From: Gracilinanus agilis
Lineage: Eukaryota
Assembly (NCBI RefSeq): GCF_016433145.1
Contig: NC_058133.1
Span: forward strand, 349,666,926-349,730,925
Length of the DNA: 64,000 nt
Direction of reading: 5' to 3'
Part shown: piece by piece, positions 36,256 through 51,049 of the stretch
Position numbering within the stretch: the stretch's first letter is position 1
How the letters are laid out: every line of letters begins with the position of its first letter
Position numbers and translations under genes: made by a program
Notes under the pieces: generated by a model
What the model was told of the DNA's origin: nothing
Databases searched by the model: none
Seen by the model: only the letters and a program-made list of their open reading frames with translations

Positions 36256-39200
36256 TCTTTGTAAACTGCAACATCCGTTTTATTGCATTTTTATTTGTTA
36301 AATATTTCTCAATTATATTTAATCTTATAAGGGTGCCGCTTGGGAGTGTTGTGACTGCATGCAGCCTCTGTGTTAGTCACGTCTGTCCTCCTGGATAGTA
36401 CTTAACAGGGAGTCGGGTAGACTTGAGTTCATATCCAGCCTCAGACCTGGTTAAATCACTTCCCTTTTGTTCACCTCTATCTCCTCATCTCCAAACAGGT
36501 TTAACAGTAGCAACGACCTCACAGAGCTGTGAGTACAAAATCTGATATCTGTAAAGTATTTTGCAAACCTTTAAGAGGCATATAAATCTTATTATTATGT
36601 CTGATTAAAAGACAGGTGATTGAATCACGTTGTGGAAGTGACATATAATCACTAATGTGATAAAGTGGATTCTCTATGGATGATTTACAGAAAGCAACAG
36701 ACAAGAATTTTACAGAATGAGACATTATAGAAGGTTTTTATTTTTATTGCATTATGAGGTGTGGAGTCATATCTTCTGCCTCAGTTTAAGAAATAAAACT
36801 AAGTCAGGTGACGAGATCACACCCACTATAAATAGATCATACCCACAATTTCTGATTCAAGAAATATACAAGATATGCACCTAATACTTTTTCCCAATTT
36901 GTTATAGTAATTTACGCACATTTATTCTGTTGAGGAAAAGGATAATTTTTGTCTTTATCATTGTGTCTCCAACATCTGGCATAGTAACTTCACATATTAA
37001 ACTGAATCAATAAAACTAGTTTTAAAATCAATTGATTCAAGTACAAATGAAGAAAATGTTTGGTCAAAAAATGGCAGAAATAAATGCTGTGTCTAACTTA
37101 CCTGCATGCTATCTGCAAGCTTCACACATTTTATGGCCCCTCAGGAAAGGTTTTCCTAAACAATAGTGACATTTCTTGTTCCTTGTCAAGGGCAGAAGTT
37201 TGTACAGTGGGCAGGCACAAGAAGTCATTGCTCTTTTTTTTTCAAAGATGCTTATCATTCGTTGATTATGTTTAGAGTATGTCATATCTGTGCTAAATAG
37301 ATCATTCAGGACTTCAAATGTTTATCACATAATATTGATTTAACTTTCTTTTCCCCTCACAAGAACATATGAGCATGAATGAGATGAAGTTTATATGGAA
37401 TTTTAATTTAATTTTAATTAAAAATAATTGTTTCAGTCAGTATTTTTTATTTTATGGAAAAACTGTTATTATCATGATCCTCAGGATATTTGAGGCACTA
37501 AATTAAAGTGGAATAAGAGTCAGAAAATGTTAGTTTTGATTTTTGTCTTCCAGTAGTATCCTGCATGACTTTGACAAGTCACTTTACTTGTCTGCCCTCA
37601 CTTCCATCATCTTTAAACAGGAGATGATGATACAAACTCCAATTATACTATCTCAAGGTTTTTGTTGTTGTTTTGGAGAGTATAAGTGGTATGGTCATTA
37701 GAAGAGCCTCTAGCTATGGAAATTGTATATGTACTATGTGTTATGAATGGTCTGAGATAAGAATCCCCATCAGTAAATCCCAGCTTGCCTTTTTTTTTAT
37801 TCTAGAGAAACAATGCAAAAGGACATAGAGAGCTGATCTTAGCAATAGGAAGACCTGAGTTCAAGATCTGACCCTGACACATTCTAATTTTGTGACTCTG
37901 GGCAACTCATTTAACTGCTTGATTTTCTCAACAACTCTAAAACCATAAATTTCAGAGAAGATCCTGACTTGCATTGATGGTATTCTCTCACCTGGGAGTT
38001 TTTTAAAATGTCATTACTTTCATAAGACTTGTCCGTATACACTATTCTACTCTCCCTATTCCCATATAATTAATTTTCAGTGTTTTCTATAGGGAAAAGA
38101 TTAGTGGATCTGATTAATTAATGGTTTCTTGGGGGAAGACATTCTAAAATTTGTGTAAAATCATTAGCTATGATTGTGTTGTTATCTCCTAACTAGAATA
38201 TAAACTCTACAAAGCAGAGACCATGTATTCAGTATCTTCCCTAATATTTATCACAATTTCCTATGCATATTAGGCACCTATTAAGTACACATGTTAAGTA
38301 TTTTTGAATTAATAAATAGATGAATGAGGATAAAATTATACAACCAATTTGGGGGGGGGGAGAATTCTTTTGAAGGTGGTGCTGGAATGAATTACTTTAG
38401 TTGGTGAGTGTGTTAGCCCTGTCTGAAAAAATGGATGAGATAAAAATAAAATGTCATATGAAAACCACAAAATATAGTATCACCATAGATTTTTATTCTA
38501 AACCATGTTATTGACTAGTATTTGGTCAATGATTTAGATTTTTCCTGTAATGTATCTTCAAACTAAAGTCAGACAAAATCAATATTTTGGAGAGGTATAT
38601 AATCTTATTTCTTATTTGCAGGTTTTCTTTGTACAGCAAAATGAAGAAAATATAGGAAGAAAGATTGTCTCCTGTAATTGTATGGTGTCATTTCTATGTT
38701 CTTTCTCATTTGGAGACAGAATGATCATTCATAAACAATTATTTTCCAGCTAGCACAGCATTTTGCTTTATTCTGTGGCTGGCAGGCCATGTGCTATGAG
38801 GCCTGTGGCCAGATTCTCTACAGGAATACAGGAAATGAAGCCAAGGCAAAAGACACAAGCCAAAGAAAAGTGGAACCAGTGTTGCTAGATTTGCTATTTT
38901 AAAAGTCTCAACTTCTTTGCCCTAAATTTTGGGCAAATTTAAACAAAATTTGCAATGTAAACCTAGAGTTGAAATATAGTGAAATCATAATATTTTGTAG
39001 AAATGACATTGAGATAGAATATCACAGAGCTAAATATTGTCTTTTGGAATAAAATAATTGAGCACTTGACATAGACTGCTCTTGTGTTGTTAGGCTACCA
39101 GCTGTGGAAAGTTGTATCACTTTCTGTTGGTTAATAGAAAGTAGATGATCTAGAAATTCTCTTTTTAAAAATTCCATCATTTACCCTTGGTGATGGAAGT

Positions 39201-41019
39201 GGTAAAGAATGCATAATAACTCAATTCAAGGAATTTCTAGCAATACCAACACAAAATTCCATATTGATAAATTGCATGGAAATATCTTTAAAATGATGCA
39301 ATCAGGATCCTGATGTTTATTCACCTCCTTTCAGAGAATGGACATATTTGTGTTATGACTTTGGGGAAAAATTCACATCCATACACACATATAAATGCAT
39401 ATACTTTTGTATGTATGTTAGTTTTTTTAATTAGAAAGCACTGCTTTTGAATTATACAAATTCTTAGTGTGAAAACCAGTAATTTAAGTTGTGTCAGGAA
39501 AATCAGGTAATTAATCTTTATATTTACTTTGGAGGAAGAATTTAATCTAAATGAGCCCACGAGGAAATATTTGAGAGGAACCAAAATGGATGGTGATATT
39601 AACCCCGAAATAGACATCTGTGTGAATTTGGAGTAAATGCTGATTTTGCCTAAATGTATTTAAACAATTTATTATTTCATGAATGGTATTGATGTGTGTG
39701 GTCTTTCCTTGATTGAATAGAGAATTAGAGAGAGCCATATATTCCCCTGCTAAACTCTTTATCTTCATGTCAGTCAGTTTTTATGAAGTATTGAAGGCAT
39801 GTAACCTTACTCTCAGAGGTCTGGAAGAAAGGTGTATGTGGGGATCAATTTATCATCGTCAGTGAGTTTTGGATGGCAGAAATATAAGATCAGGCCCTAG
39901 AGATGAATCCATCCTCCTTCCTCCTTTCCTTGGGACAATCAGTATCATTGCCTGAGACAGCTCATAAATTCAGCTGATTAGTGCAAAACAAAATCTATCA
40001 ACATGAGCACCAAGTGCAAGTGCAGGGTTGCTGAGTTAACAGTGATTCTCAAGCAGGAAGATTCATTTAAACTTGAAAAATTATGGTTAGGGAGATTCTA
40101 TGGAAATAATGATGCTGAGTATTTCTTTCAGAGAACCTATGTTTATTTTGATTCTATGCAAAAATAAAGATGAGGAAAAGATAGATGGTGATTAAGACTT
40201 GTAAACTACCTGGAATTTAACACAATGAAATGTTATAAAGGTGGTGTTGTGGTGATGGTATTGGTATTACTATGTAAATTTCCTGACCATACTTAGAATA
40301 AATCAATCATTAGTCTCATTGATTCCCTAGCATATACATTTTCTCTTCTGGTGTTCTAGCTGGAAGCTTGAAGAAAAATGGGTTAAGATTTGTTCATTGT
40401 AAACAATGGCCATTGAGATTTGGGACATTTCTAACTCTTAAGGTTTTTCAAACTGAAGGAATGGAATAGGGAAGAGAAAATACTTTCCTGAAATTTTTTT
40501 CAGGAACTAGAATGTAAGCATATTGTATTTTATCATCTTTCTGTTCATTGGAATTTTTGAAAAGTTGGAGAAACAAATATTGCTGATCTGCTGGAATAGT
40601 CAGAACCCAAGATCACTGTTTTGCCAAGACGGATCGTTGAGTTTGGGCATTATTAAGGTTTGTTAAATAACAATAGAGGAAAAGATTAGGTTTGATTGAA
40701 GAAATTTTCTTAAGAACAAATTTGATTGTTCTTGATCAAATATGTATTTTTAATTCTCATCTTTTAAAGACTATATTTCATTATAATGGGTTCAACTCAC
40801 TTGATAGTTTTGCTGAATTTGGCCAATATATTATTCCTCATAATTTCGAAGTAAAAATTTGTCTTAAATGGATACCATTTGATGCAGTCTATAAAATTTT
40901 ATGAAAATTTTGGCAAATTAAATGTTATTTCAGCTACATTAAATGAACTTGATATTTATAAAAAAACAGTATTCGTTGAATAAAGGCTCTTGTCACTTGT
41001 GCAAGAAGGGTAGCACCGC

Positions 41020-41210
41020 AGTAATGTATGAGAACAACTGAGACCTGACCTCTATGCCAGGAAGATCTAGATTCAAATGCCTTTTCTGAAATATGCTGAT
41101 TGTGTGAACCTGGTCAAATTCAGGGCCCCAAACAACTCTCCAAGGCTAGGAGTTGCAGAGAAAGTAAATATCTGCATTTGTAGAAGGAATTTCCTCATTG
41201 AGAGTTCCCT
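41020..41210 (+). mobile_element. MIR3/Mar3-like CORE SINE
   Basis: 'ccaggaagatctagattcaaat...caactctccaaggctaggagttgcagag...gaaggaatttcctca'. Similar copies lie at ~34915-35095 and ~37825-38000 (+) and ~6480-6650 and ~44170-44400 (-). Confidence 0.6.
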
Positions 41211-42275
41211 AAAACAAACAAAAAAATCCAGATATAACCACATCTATTTTTTTTGCAAAAATCTGTTTTTAATCTCTCTGACTTAAACTGGCTTTTTTGA
41301 ATATATAGTTTATGATTTTATAATATGTGTTTTCATAGTGTTAAAAAAGAGAAAAATAATTATATCTTTCATGTAAAATAACATCCACCCCTAGACCTGA
41401 GTCAAATAGACAATGGCAAAATATATAGACACCTGGTGGGAAAATATGTAGTTATGTTTGTGTATGTAAACATTTGAACATCTCTAAAAGTTTTTTTTTT
41501 TCTGTTGAGAAAATTAGTAACATAAGATAATTACATTGTCTCAACATTGCTTAAGACTAACTGGGCCTGGCTAATATATTTTGGCATTAAATGTCAATAA
41601 CATTTTGTTTATTTATAAATTTGTTTACCTTATTTCATGTTAAGAAGTCAGTTTATGAGATGTCATTAATGGAAATCCTATTATTTCAGTTGGTCATCTA
41701 ACATCAAGCCTTTTCATTGTGAGAAAAAAGAATTGTCATTTCTACCATTGGTAAAAAATAGTACATCATTTGAGGCTTTTCCAGGTGAGCATTAAGCACT
41801 CTTTAGTTCTCTATTTCTTAGTTATATCTCTGGCCAATACTTTGTCTTACCTTGTAATATCAGTGCATTGGAGTTCAGGGAAGACTAGAAACAGGCAAGG
41901 TTCCCTAGGGGAAGTAGTTAGGAAAATAATTAAAGTGAAGGTGGCACCAGAATATTTAGGAAACAAATTAAAGCCCAGGCCAAACTAAAATAAAAACAAT
42001 AGCAACCACCATGAAACAATGATTAAAAAATGGATCACCTCCCTTCCTAGGTTATCTAAGACAATTCAGCAGCCCTTTGTTTTAGAGAGAAGTTAATTCC
42101 TCACAGGAAGGAAGATATCTGAAAACTTGTAATTGATTGTTTTTTTTTGATTAATTAAAAGAATGCTCATATCATTACTGTTTAGAAAGATTAAATTTAA
42201 TATAAACACATGTTCCTTTTCAGCTGTGAGTCTAGGAAATGCTTTTGCCAAAAGTAGAACCTGAGCCTCACTTAC

Positions 42276-42301
42276 CAAAAGATTGACTTCAAAGATTTGG
42301 T
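42276..42301 (-). CDS. Candidate 26-nt microexon
   Basis: Minus strand: 'aatatttccttccag|ACCAAATCTTTGAAGTCAATCTTTTG|gtaagt', with consensus acceptor and donor. Open as (D)QIFEVNLL or TKSLKSIF. Confidence 0.3.
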
Positions 42302-42899
42302 CTGGAAGGAAATATTGTTCTACTTTGGCTTTGTTGTTATTATTATTCAGTCACACTCCACTCTCTTAAATCCTCATCAATAATTTTTAAAAGTAGTACA
42401 CACACAGAGAATGTAGTTGCAATTTTGGAATGGAAAACAATTCCAGTGAATGAACAAGGTTGGCAAGTTTAAATTTGAATTCTCCTAAAATTCCTTATAC
42501 CCATGAAATCATAGACCTCATGCCTCCCTTCCCACTCCTCAAAAATGTATTTATTTTGTCTTACCTATGAAGTAAATCAAAACACCATAGGAACTGAGGC
42601 CTCATTACAAAGGAAGATAGTACTTATTTGCTTATATTTAAAATTAGAAAATATGAGAGTAACTCCAATGTAAGTCATACTGATAAGATAGAGTGGAATA
42701 ATGCCTTCAAGAGCAAACTAAAAATTTGCCATAATGTGAGGAAAAAATTGAGTCATTTTGTTTACTACTTTTTTGTAGGTTGTTACAATACTTAGTCTCA
42801 AATTTTGGAGTCCTGTTGAACATAGACTTGTTTTGAGTAAAAGTGACTTATTTTTTGGGAGTGTTCATTGGTAATCTCTTTTGATATTTTTTGACATAA

Positions 42900-43400
42900 T
42901 CATGATGGGCATTTACCATGAGGTTGCCAAGAGCTAGGCACTACATACTGGGGAAACAAAACAACAATGAAACAGTGCCTAGCCTCGAGAAACTTATATC
43001 AGAGGAAACTGACTTGTGTATACATTTGAAAATATGTAATACTCCCTTACCTCTTGCTCCCTCCCATAGATCTATTTATCTCTCTATATAAAATATAGGG
43101 TAATTAAGTCACAGGCAGCTGTAAGAGTCAAGGAAGACCTCGTGTAGCAGGTGATGCTTCTGCTGAACTTTGAAGAAAATTAGGAGATTCTAAGAGGTGG
43201 AGGTGAGGATGGAGAAAAATAGAGGATAGATTGTGCAAAGTCACCAAAATAAAAAATAAGCATCATCAAAATAGGAGATATAGGCCAGTTTGGCTGTACT
43301 TTACAGTATATGAGAAAGAATAATGCATAATAGCCCTAGAAAGGGAGGTGAGAGCCAGGTTGTGAAGGATTTTAAATGCCAAACAGAATTTTGTTATTAA
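42900..43400 (-). mobile_element. L2 LINE 3' remnant
   Basis: 'ctaggcactacatactgggga...gaactttgaagaaaattaggagatt...gagccaggttgtgaaggattttaaatgccaaacag'. Confidence 0.65.
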
Positions 43401-45331
43401 ATTAGAGCCAATAAGGAAGAAAATGGAGTCTGTTCAGCCAACGAACTAACCCATTGCCTCTGCATTAATTTGATAATAATTTTTATACTCAATTGTGAAA
43501 TAAATGTCTATTCTAAAAAGCCAAGATTTTCTTCTTTACATGAACTTTTGAAAAGAGAAAACCAGTATGATCATACATAATTGCTTGCTAAGGAACTGTT
43601 GTGCCAAACAAAGCTCAATTTAAAAATCGGATTGACTAAACAACTGCTGGTTCTTATTGTGCTAATCCTGGAAGGAGAAAGAAAAGCAATCTCCAGGCAA
43701 ATGATGTAAAGTTGTTTTTGGAGATTGAATTTCCACTGTGCCCACTGAAAAGGTGTTTTTAAAAAATCACCTTAATCTTTGGGCAGAAAAGCAAATACTG
43801 TGGCGAATGTCACAGTTTTTGAGGGAACTACTGAGAGTTAGGCTCATATTTGGGATGGCTCCAAATAAAGGGTTATATTCTTCCATCAACTGAATAAAAA
43901 TTCATTTTGCACATAGTAAATAAATCCAGGTGTGAAGTGCCCTAGAAGAGACCGAAGTCTTAAACCATGGCTTGCTGTTCTCAAAAAGCTCACACTGTAG
44001 TTGAGGGTATGTTATACACACATAAAAAGGCAAATAATATGAAGGGTTTAAATTACAGATCAAAGACACAATTTCTCTTTATCACAAGCAGTTCAATGTA
44101 GCCATAATTCTGTCATTAGGGACATTTTTTTCATTTCCAAGAATGAAATATGAATTATAGTAAGCCATATAATTTCATTGGTGCAAGAAACTCTTTCTAC
44201 CTATGTGGATCAGTAAATATTCTATACCATGTAATCTTAGAGAACTGCTTAGGGATCTGAAAGGTTAAATGGTTTTCCTCAAACTACACCAAGTTAGTTT
44301 GTATGTTTGGGATATGGTGGTGGTAGAAATAGAATAAAGGCTTGAATGTGGTTAGTCTGTCCCCTTGTTATTTACCATAACACATTGTCTTTTGGACCAT
44401 AATGAAAAAACAACTACTTATAATTTTTATTTGAGAAAACAAATGATATTTTAGAAACTCCAAATCATAAAATTAGATTTTACTAACCACTAAATTTTGG
44501 ATCATTTGTTGAGAGGGGGAAAAGTTATTTTGACTCTTAATAGTGATAAGTGGCTAGAAACATCTATGCCTAGTCATCCAACTTCTTTGGTAAGGATATC
44601 CAGGCTACTTGGCTACATTAGGAACTATGACCTTTTAAAATAATCATTAATAAAAAAGCTATGCTGATGTTGATGGCTAATCTTTGAACTCTCTTTGACT
44701 TCTTTCATATATCAAAGAACTATGTATATTTAACATATACTTTCTATATGGATTAGTTGAGTATTTAGGCTAGAAAATAAAAGACTTTGGGCAACTATCA
44801 TACCTGCCTTTAAGTATTTGAATTATTGTCTTGGGGAATTAGAGTTATACTTCTGCTTGTTGCCAAAGCTAAAAGCTAATTAATGGTTGGAAATCAGAGG
44901 GAGATTCAGGCCATTTGCAAATAAGAACATCTAGAGGATTTTACCATTCTTTGATTTGGATTTTGAACTAAAAGTCATCATTTGGACTAAATGATAGTGC
45001 CCAAATAACCTTGATGAATATACATTTAACTATACTATTTCTTAATTAATAAAATAATCAAGCAAAATTATCTTTGTTGAGGCAGCTAGATGGTGCAGAG
45101 GATAGTGTGCTGAGCCTGGAGTTAGGAGATCTGAGTTCATATATAACTTCAGAACCTTATCAGTTTTTTGACCCTAGATAAATTACTTTGGTTTGCTTTA
45201 GTTTCATCAACCCTAAAATGGAGAAAATGATAGCACTGACCTTTCAGGGTTATTGTGAGGATCAAATGTGTTATTATTTGTTAAGCATTTGACTCTATGC
45301 ATGGTACATTGTAAACAATATAAATATATAT

Positions 45332-46288
45332 TGTTGTTATAAGGAATTTGTTTGATTTTTCAGTCTCTCCTTAGGAGCAAAATTTCTAGGTTAGAGGAAG
45401 TTAAGTAATATTGCTCTGTCTCTTTAAGAGTCAGAGCAGAGAGATTTCCATCACTTTAAAAGAGCCTCTATAAAAGAGGAGGCAGCAGTTAAGACTGGAT
45501 GCCATGTTGTCTGTCTTCTGAGGAAGCAGGGAATTTGGGGGGTTTGTGTGAGTGTACTCTTTGTCATGAATATCTGGGAGTTGGCTGTTGAAATTTGGAA
45601 TTTATATATGAAGTTAAGAAAGAAGTCTATCTGAGGGATTTTCTTCTCAGCCCTGTGAGGGAGAAGGGCCTGACCCTGAGGGCTTTTCTCCTCAGAATTG
45701 GAGGAATAGGGGCAGCTGGGTAGCTCAGTGGATTGAGAGCCAGGACTAGAGACTGGAGGTCCTAGGTTCAAATCTGGCCTCAGCCACTTCCCAGCTGTAT
45801 GACTTTACCCCCATTGCCTAGCCCGTACCACTCTTCTGCCTTGGAGCCAATACACAGTATTGACTCAAAGATGGAAGGTAAGAGTATTAAAAAAAAAAGA
45901 ACTGAAGAACTGTCTGTGTTTCTACCACTGATGCTTTGAATTTCTGATACTTGGTTAAGGAGGTTGAAGAAGAATTTATTAACTGGCATAGTTTAGTTAG
46001 TTAGAGAAATATTATTTTAGGTTAGTGAGAATAAGTTTAAGGAGGTCTGCTTTGTCAGACAAGAAGAAACTGCCAAGAAAGCAGTTTGATTTTGGGGGGA
46101 TTTATTTAGAAATTTTTAGTATAGGATTCGAATTTTAGATATATGAGTTTAAGGTATAATTTCCTATTTTCCTACCTCCTACTCCGATTCAAACTTATCC
46201 TCTGTAATAAATAGAACTATTGGTTTACCAGAAAGACCTCCACAATGTTTATCAACTTCCTATCAATATCTAACAACTCCTGACAACT
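45332..46288 (+). mobile_element. Solo LTR (approximate ends) with nested SINE
   Basis: TG start 'tgttgttata', TATA 'ctataaaag' at ~45466 and AATAAA at ~46206. The layout fits U3-R-U5; ends are uncertain. Confidence 0.55.
45710..45897 (+). mobile_element. SINE1-type SINE nested in LTR
   Basis: Consensus head and tail. Degenerate TSD agaa(t/c)tg(g/a)(a)ga. Confidence 0.9.
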
Positions 46289-46940
46289 TTATCAATCTTC
46301 TTTATATTATTGACCCATAACTACTTGGCTATAAATATTTACTAGTAATAACAGATATTTATCAGCAATTACTCTCTATATATGCTTATAATTATTACAT
46401 CTTTAAATTAATCTCATATAATTTCAACATATGAATAGAACACACATTTTTGGATAAAACTCTTTAAATATTTTATATTAATAAATCAAATTACTTTTAT
46501 CCCATAAAATGATAAGCTAGGTTGGGTATTGTACTTTCTAGCATTACCCAGTAAATTGTATTTCTATAAAGTTGTATAGTACCATTGGTGAAAATCTTGT
46601 TTCTATTCTCATATCTTCATCAAGTGTGTTGTCAGTTTATGAGTAGAATATTCTCTTAAGGATTTAGTAAAGCTAAGTGAAGATTTATGGAGAGTAGTTA
46701 TTGGTATTCTCTTGATCTATCTCTATATATCTTTATATCTTTCTTAGTTTCCCCAAGTGTTTTGGTTTCCTTCATATATCTTGAGAATCAGGTCATTCCA
46801 TGTCTTCAAAATTATGTAACCTCCTATATAGGCCTTCTTTATGTTTACGTTGATTAGTTCAGCTTATCTTCTGTTATTTTCTTAATAAAGAATTAAGTCT
46901 TTTGGACTGTGTGTTTCTTGATAGTTGGGAATGTATTTTT

Positions 46941-47151
46941 TTTAATTAAAAAAATTTTAAACCTTTACCTTCCATTTTAGTGTCAATACTATGTTTTGGC
47001 TCCAAGGCAGAAGAGTGGTAAGGGCTTGGCAATGGGGGTTAAGTGACTTGCCCAGGATCACACATCTGGGACATGTCTGAGGCCACATTTGAACCTAGAA
47101 CCTCCTATCTCTAGGCCAGCCTCTCAATCCACTGAGCTACCCAGCTGCCCC
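46941..47151 (-). mobile_element. SINE1-type SINE
   Basis: Reverse-complement consensus. TSD GGGAATGTATTTTT at 46927-46940 and 47154-47167. Confidence 0.92.
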
Positions 47152-50100
47152 TAGGGAATGTATTTTTGACTTTCATAATGCCTGGCACACAGTAGGCAAT
47201 TAAGAAATGCTTTTTGACTTGTTATTGTTTACTTAAATTTCATTTCCATTTCTTCATCAGACACTTTGGATACCAATATTAGAGCCTATATATGATAGAG
47301 TAAATTGTTTTAGTTATTTTGGCAATCTTTTTCCATTACTTGTCTATTTTTTCCCCATGTAGATTGAGTTTCATGCTTTAATGCTCTTGGAATGATCTGA
47401 CTTAATTGGATATTCCACTTAATTAGATACTTCACCACTTTGCTTTCTTCTTGTTTTATCATCTTGTTTTATCAGATGATACCACTCATAATCTTCCACC
47501 ATCCCATTCCATAAGATTTTCCAAAGCAGTTTATAAACCAGCATTGTTCTTGGGTTGTTCTTTCTCTTTGGGAAAGGGACATACATATTCACTGAATTCA
47601 GGTAATGTCAGAGCTATTTTTCCTTTTTTTATACTGTAAGTAATTTCATGTCATTTAAACTTCTTTAGGAATGATACTTATCTATGTTCATTTGTATTTT
47701 CCAATCCATTTCCAATTTTTTACATTAATAGTCTTCAAATATATTAGGTTGGGATTATTTGTTTTTTCTTATTTCTTCTAATTTTATATTTATTTTTTGC
47801 CTTTTCTTTTAATTTAAAATCATTTATTTCAATTTTATAATTTTATTCTTTGCTCTAAGTTTAAGTAAACTGGCAGTTGATTCATAAGTGATTCACACAT
47901 GCAATACTATTTCCTGTCTGCTAGAATATAGTTGTTTTTCGTGTAATTATTCAATGTTTATCATATCTAGAAGTACTATCTAACTCTCATCTTAATGAAA
48001 GTATTCATGATATCAATGAGACCAGTGTAATCAAGTAGCTAGTCTCTTTATTTTAATCTCTATTTTATTTTAAACAGTTTATTTTTTTAACCTTGAGACA
48101 TTTTCCATCACAGAATCATATAGAAAGCATTGGAAGAGGCCTCATAAGCCAATGAGTACAAATTTTTTTTTAACAAATTCTTTTTGAAAAGTAGAAACTA
48201 AGACTCAGAGAGATTAAATTATTTTCTTGAGGCTTAAAGGAAGTTATCAAAAAAAGTGAAACCAGATACCACATCCAGAGCCATAACTCTTTCCAGCATG
48301 CTGTTTCCATCCTCCCTGATACTCACTTTTGAATTTGTCCCTTAGTGTTAATGTATATATGCATTTAATTTGGAGATATTAATAGAATTTATTGACCTTT
48401 TCATCTTTAATAACAGATGGTATACTTAAGATGCAAACATGTTAAAATGAGTCTTTTTGCAACTACTTATCATACAACATATCATTGTAATATGAGATGG
48501 CCAATTGTTCTGTGAAATGATGGAATCTATTGGCTTTGGAAAAATGCTAAAACTAACATTTCCAATGTCTTTGTTTATCTCTCCAAGCAGAAATTGAAAG
48601 TTATTCTTCCATTTTGTTGCAGTGTCCAAGATTTCACTTCTTAATATCTAAAATTTATTTTAACTCCCCACTATTAAAACAAAACTCTTCTCAAATAGTA
48701 GATTTTGAGGTTGTTATCAACATATGAATAATTCATACTGATGTAATTTTTGATATTAAGAAGATAAAATGTTTTGTTGTTTTGTAAAGACAATTACTGG
48801 TTGTATTTACACATAACATTATGTGTAAATAATGCATTTAGGTTGTATGTAACTATGTTGTTATTCTAATTTATAAACTGCATTTTAATAACTGTAATAT
48901 TTTAACTAAACAGAAACCCCATGACTTGGTGATTATTATTCATTTGAAATATTGCCCTCTTTTAAAAATACTTTATGTAGGTTGAGGCATATTTGGAATA
49001 TTAAGTACCCATTTTTTATAGATAGACTACTTGCTGATCTCCATGTATCGCTCCCTGCTGGAATTCACTCCAATGGTGGAAACAAAATCTCTTCTATGTG
49101 TTAATTGTACCCCAGGGTAGAGTTGGAAATGTATCTAGAAGTGAGAGAACACCAGCTTTAATAAGCATACAATGCAATTTAACAGTTCATAAAACAGTAA
49201 AATTTAATCCCAGACAGAGAGATTTATTAAATTTCACTCAGCAAAATGGGGTTTGGAATATGTGAGCAAGGGAGAATTAAGTGGAATGATTTCAGGGACA
49301 ATGAGTTTTATTACCTTAAAAAAGTGGGGGAACTTGTTTTTCAAGCTAGTTCTTAATTTTTTTTCCTCTAGAAATAATTATCTTACACAAGAGAGCTTTC
49401 TTTAAGGAAGAGAAATATACTGAGAGCTATTGAATGCATTCATATAGTATAAATGTTAATTATCAAAACAATGGGACCATTCTGATAAAAATTTACCCCA
49501 AAATTTAGATTGCTGATTTAGGAGCAAGTATTTTATGTTTTTATTTTCAAATTGAACAATTGTGTAGTTATGTGGAACTGACTTATTAATAAGTATTTTT
49601 ACTTTAATATAAAAATAATCATGAAACCTAAATCATTGTCAATAATACCATAGCTTCTAAGTTTCATTATTGTATATTGTACAGAAAAAATATTAAAATC
49701 TGAAAATATTGAAAATATTGAAAAATGAAGATGGAAAAGTAATTTCTGTAGCAGAAAATATCTATTGTCGTATGATACAGTAAAAAGAGAATGGTATTTA
49801 GATTTAAAAGACCTGGGTTGAATGCTGGGTTCCCCTTTTTCCTACCTGTTTAACTTTATTAGCTTTGAATTACCAGGTATAAATCATTTAATACAAGCTT
49901 ATTTTTTTTTGTTAGGGATTCTAGATTGGTAGCATTATAAAGTACTTTACTGGATATCTGACCAAATTTTTTATGCAATTCATATGAACAGCATGGAAAA
50001 TATATGAGTTGGAAGAAAGTAAGATTAATAGCAAGTTGAATTATTCTATCCAAATAAAGATGATTTATAGATATTTTGTTGTTAATTTGGGAAGATTCCA

Positions 50101-50561
50101 GTGGTGTACTACAGGGATATGTTCTTGACTATATCCTAATCACCATTCTTTTTAATTACCTGAATCAGAATAATGAAAGTCATCTTTGTGACACTGTTTC
50201 ATTACACAAAGATGGAAGGGATAGCTTATAGTTTGGATTATAGAGTCAAGGTTCTAGAATCTTAATATATTGGAACTTAATAGACTAAAATAAAAAAAAT
50301 TAAATTTGATAAGAATAAATATTTAAGTCTACAATTAGGTTTAAAAAATCAAATGGGCAAGTAGAGGATGGAGGAAGACCTCACTTCACATTAATAGACA
50401 TGCAAACAAACAGATAAAGAAGGATTGCCACTTTAACACGAGCCAACAGTTTGACATGATTGCTAAAGAACCTAATGCAAACTTGATGATGATTATAAGA
50501 CATCTCTTAAATGTTTACAGTGTGCAACATATTAGGCTAAGTTCTATAGACACTAAGGCAG

Positions 50562-50805
50562 TTTTGTTATTGTTGTTTGGTCATTTTCAGTTAAGTCTGA
50601 CTCTCTGTGACGCCTTGGAATTTTCTTGGTAGAGAGGTTAGAATGGTTTGCCTTTTATTTCTTCAGCTCATTTTCCAGATAAAGAATTGAGACAAAAAGG
50701 GCTAAGTGACTTGCCCTGGGTCTGAGGAAGGATTTTTAACTCAGGAGGATGAGTCTTCCAGATTACAAACTCATTACATTATCCTCTACATCACCTAGCT
50801 GACCA
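50562..50805 (-). mobile_element. MAR1-type SINE
   Basis: 'gttgtttggtcattttcag...ctgactctctgtgac...cagctcattttccagat...ctcaggaggatgagtcttcc'. Confidence 0.8.
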
Positions 50806-51049
50806 AGTAAGTCAGTATTTAAATTTACAAAACTTATATTCTAATGAGGGAGGAATATTTCTAAGGGGAAGTTGGAAAAGTGGGTTGCTATATTAGCCAG
50901 AAAAGTTAATATGAATGCCCAGTTCTGGACAAAATAAGAAGGAAGAATAATTGTCAGAACTATGCATTCTAGAATCAAAGTCCAAGATTTGAGAGAGAGG
51001 GAGATGAGGAGTATTACATTTAATATTTAAACCTTTTAATAAAGGAACT

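Noticed and set aside
35981-36274. 97-aa hydrophobic ORF and a nearby 'GSPEGNGKT' P-loop-like string
   Set aside because: The region is antisense/sense RTE sequence. The Walker A spacing is wrong and the frame is closed by stops.
45451-45771. Longest ORF in the window (106 aa)
   Set aside because: It is an antisense read-through of a SINE and an LTR.
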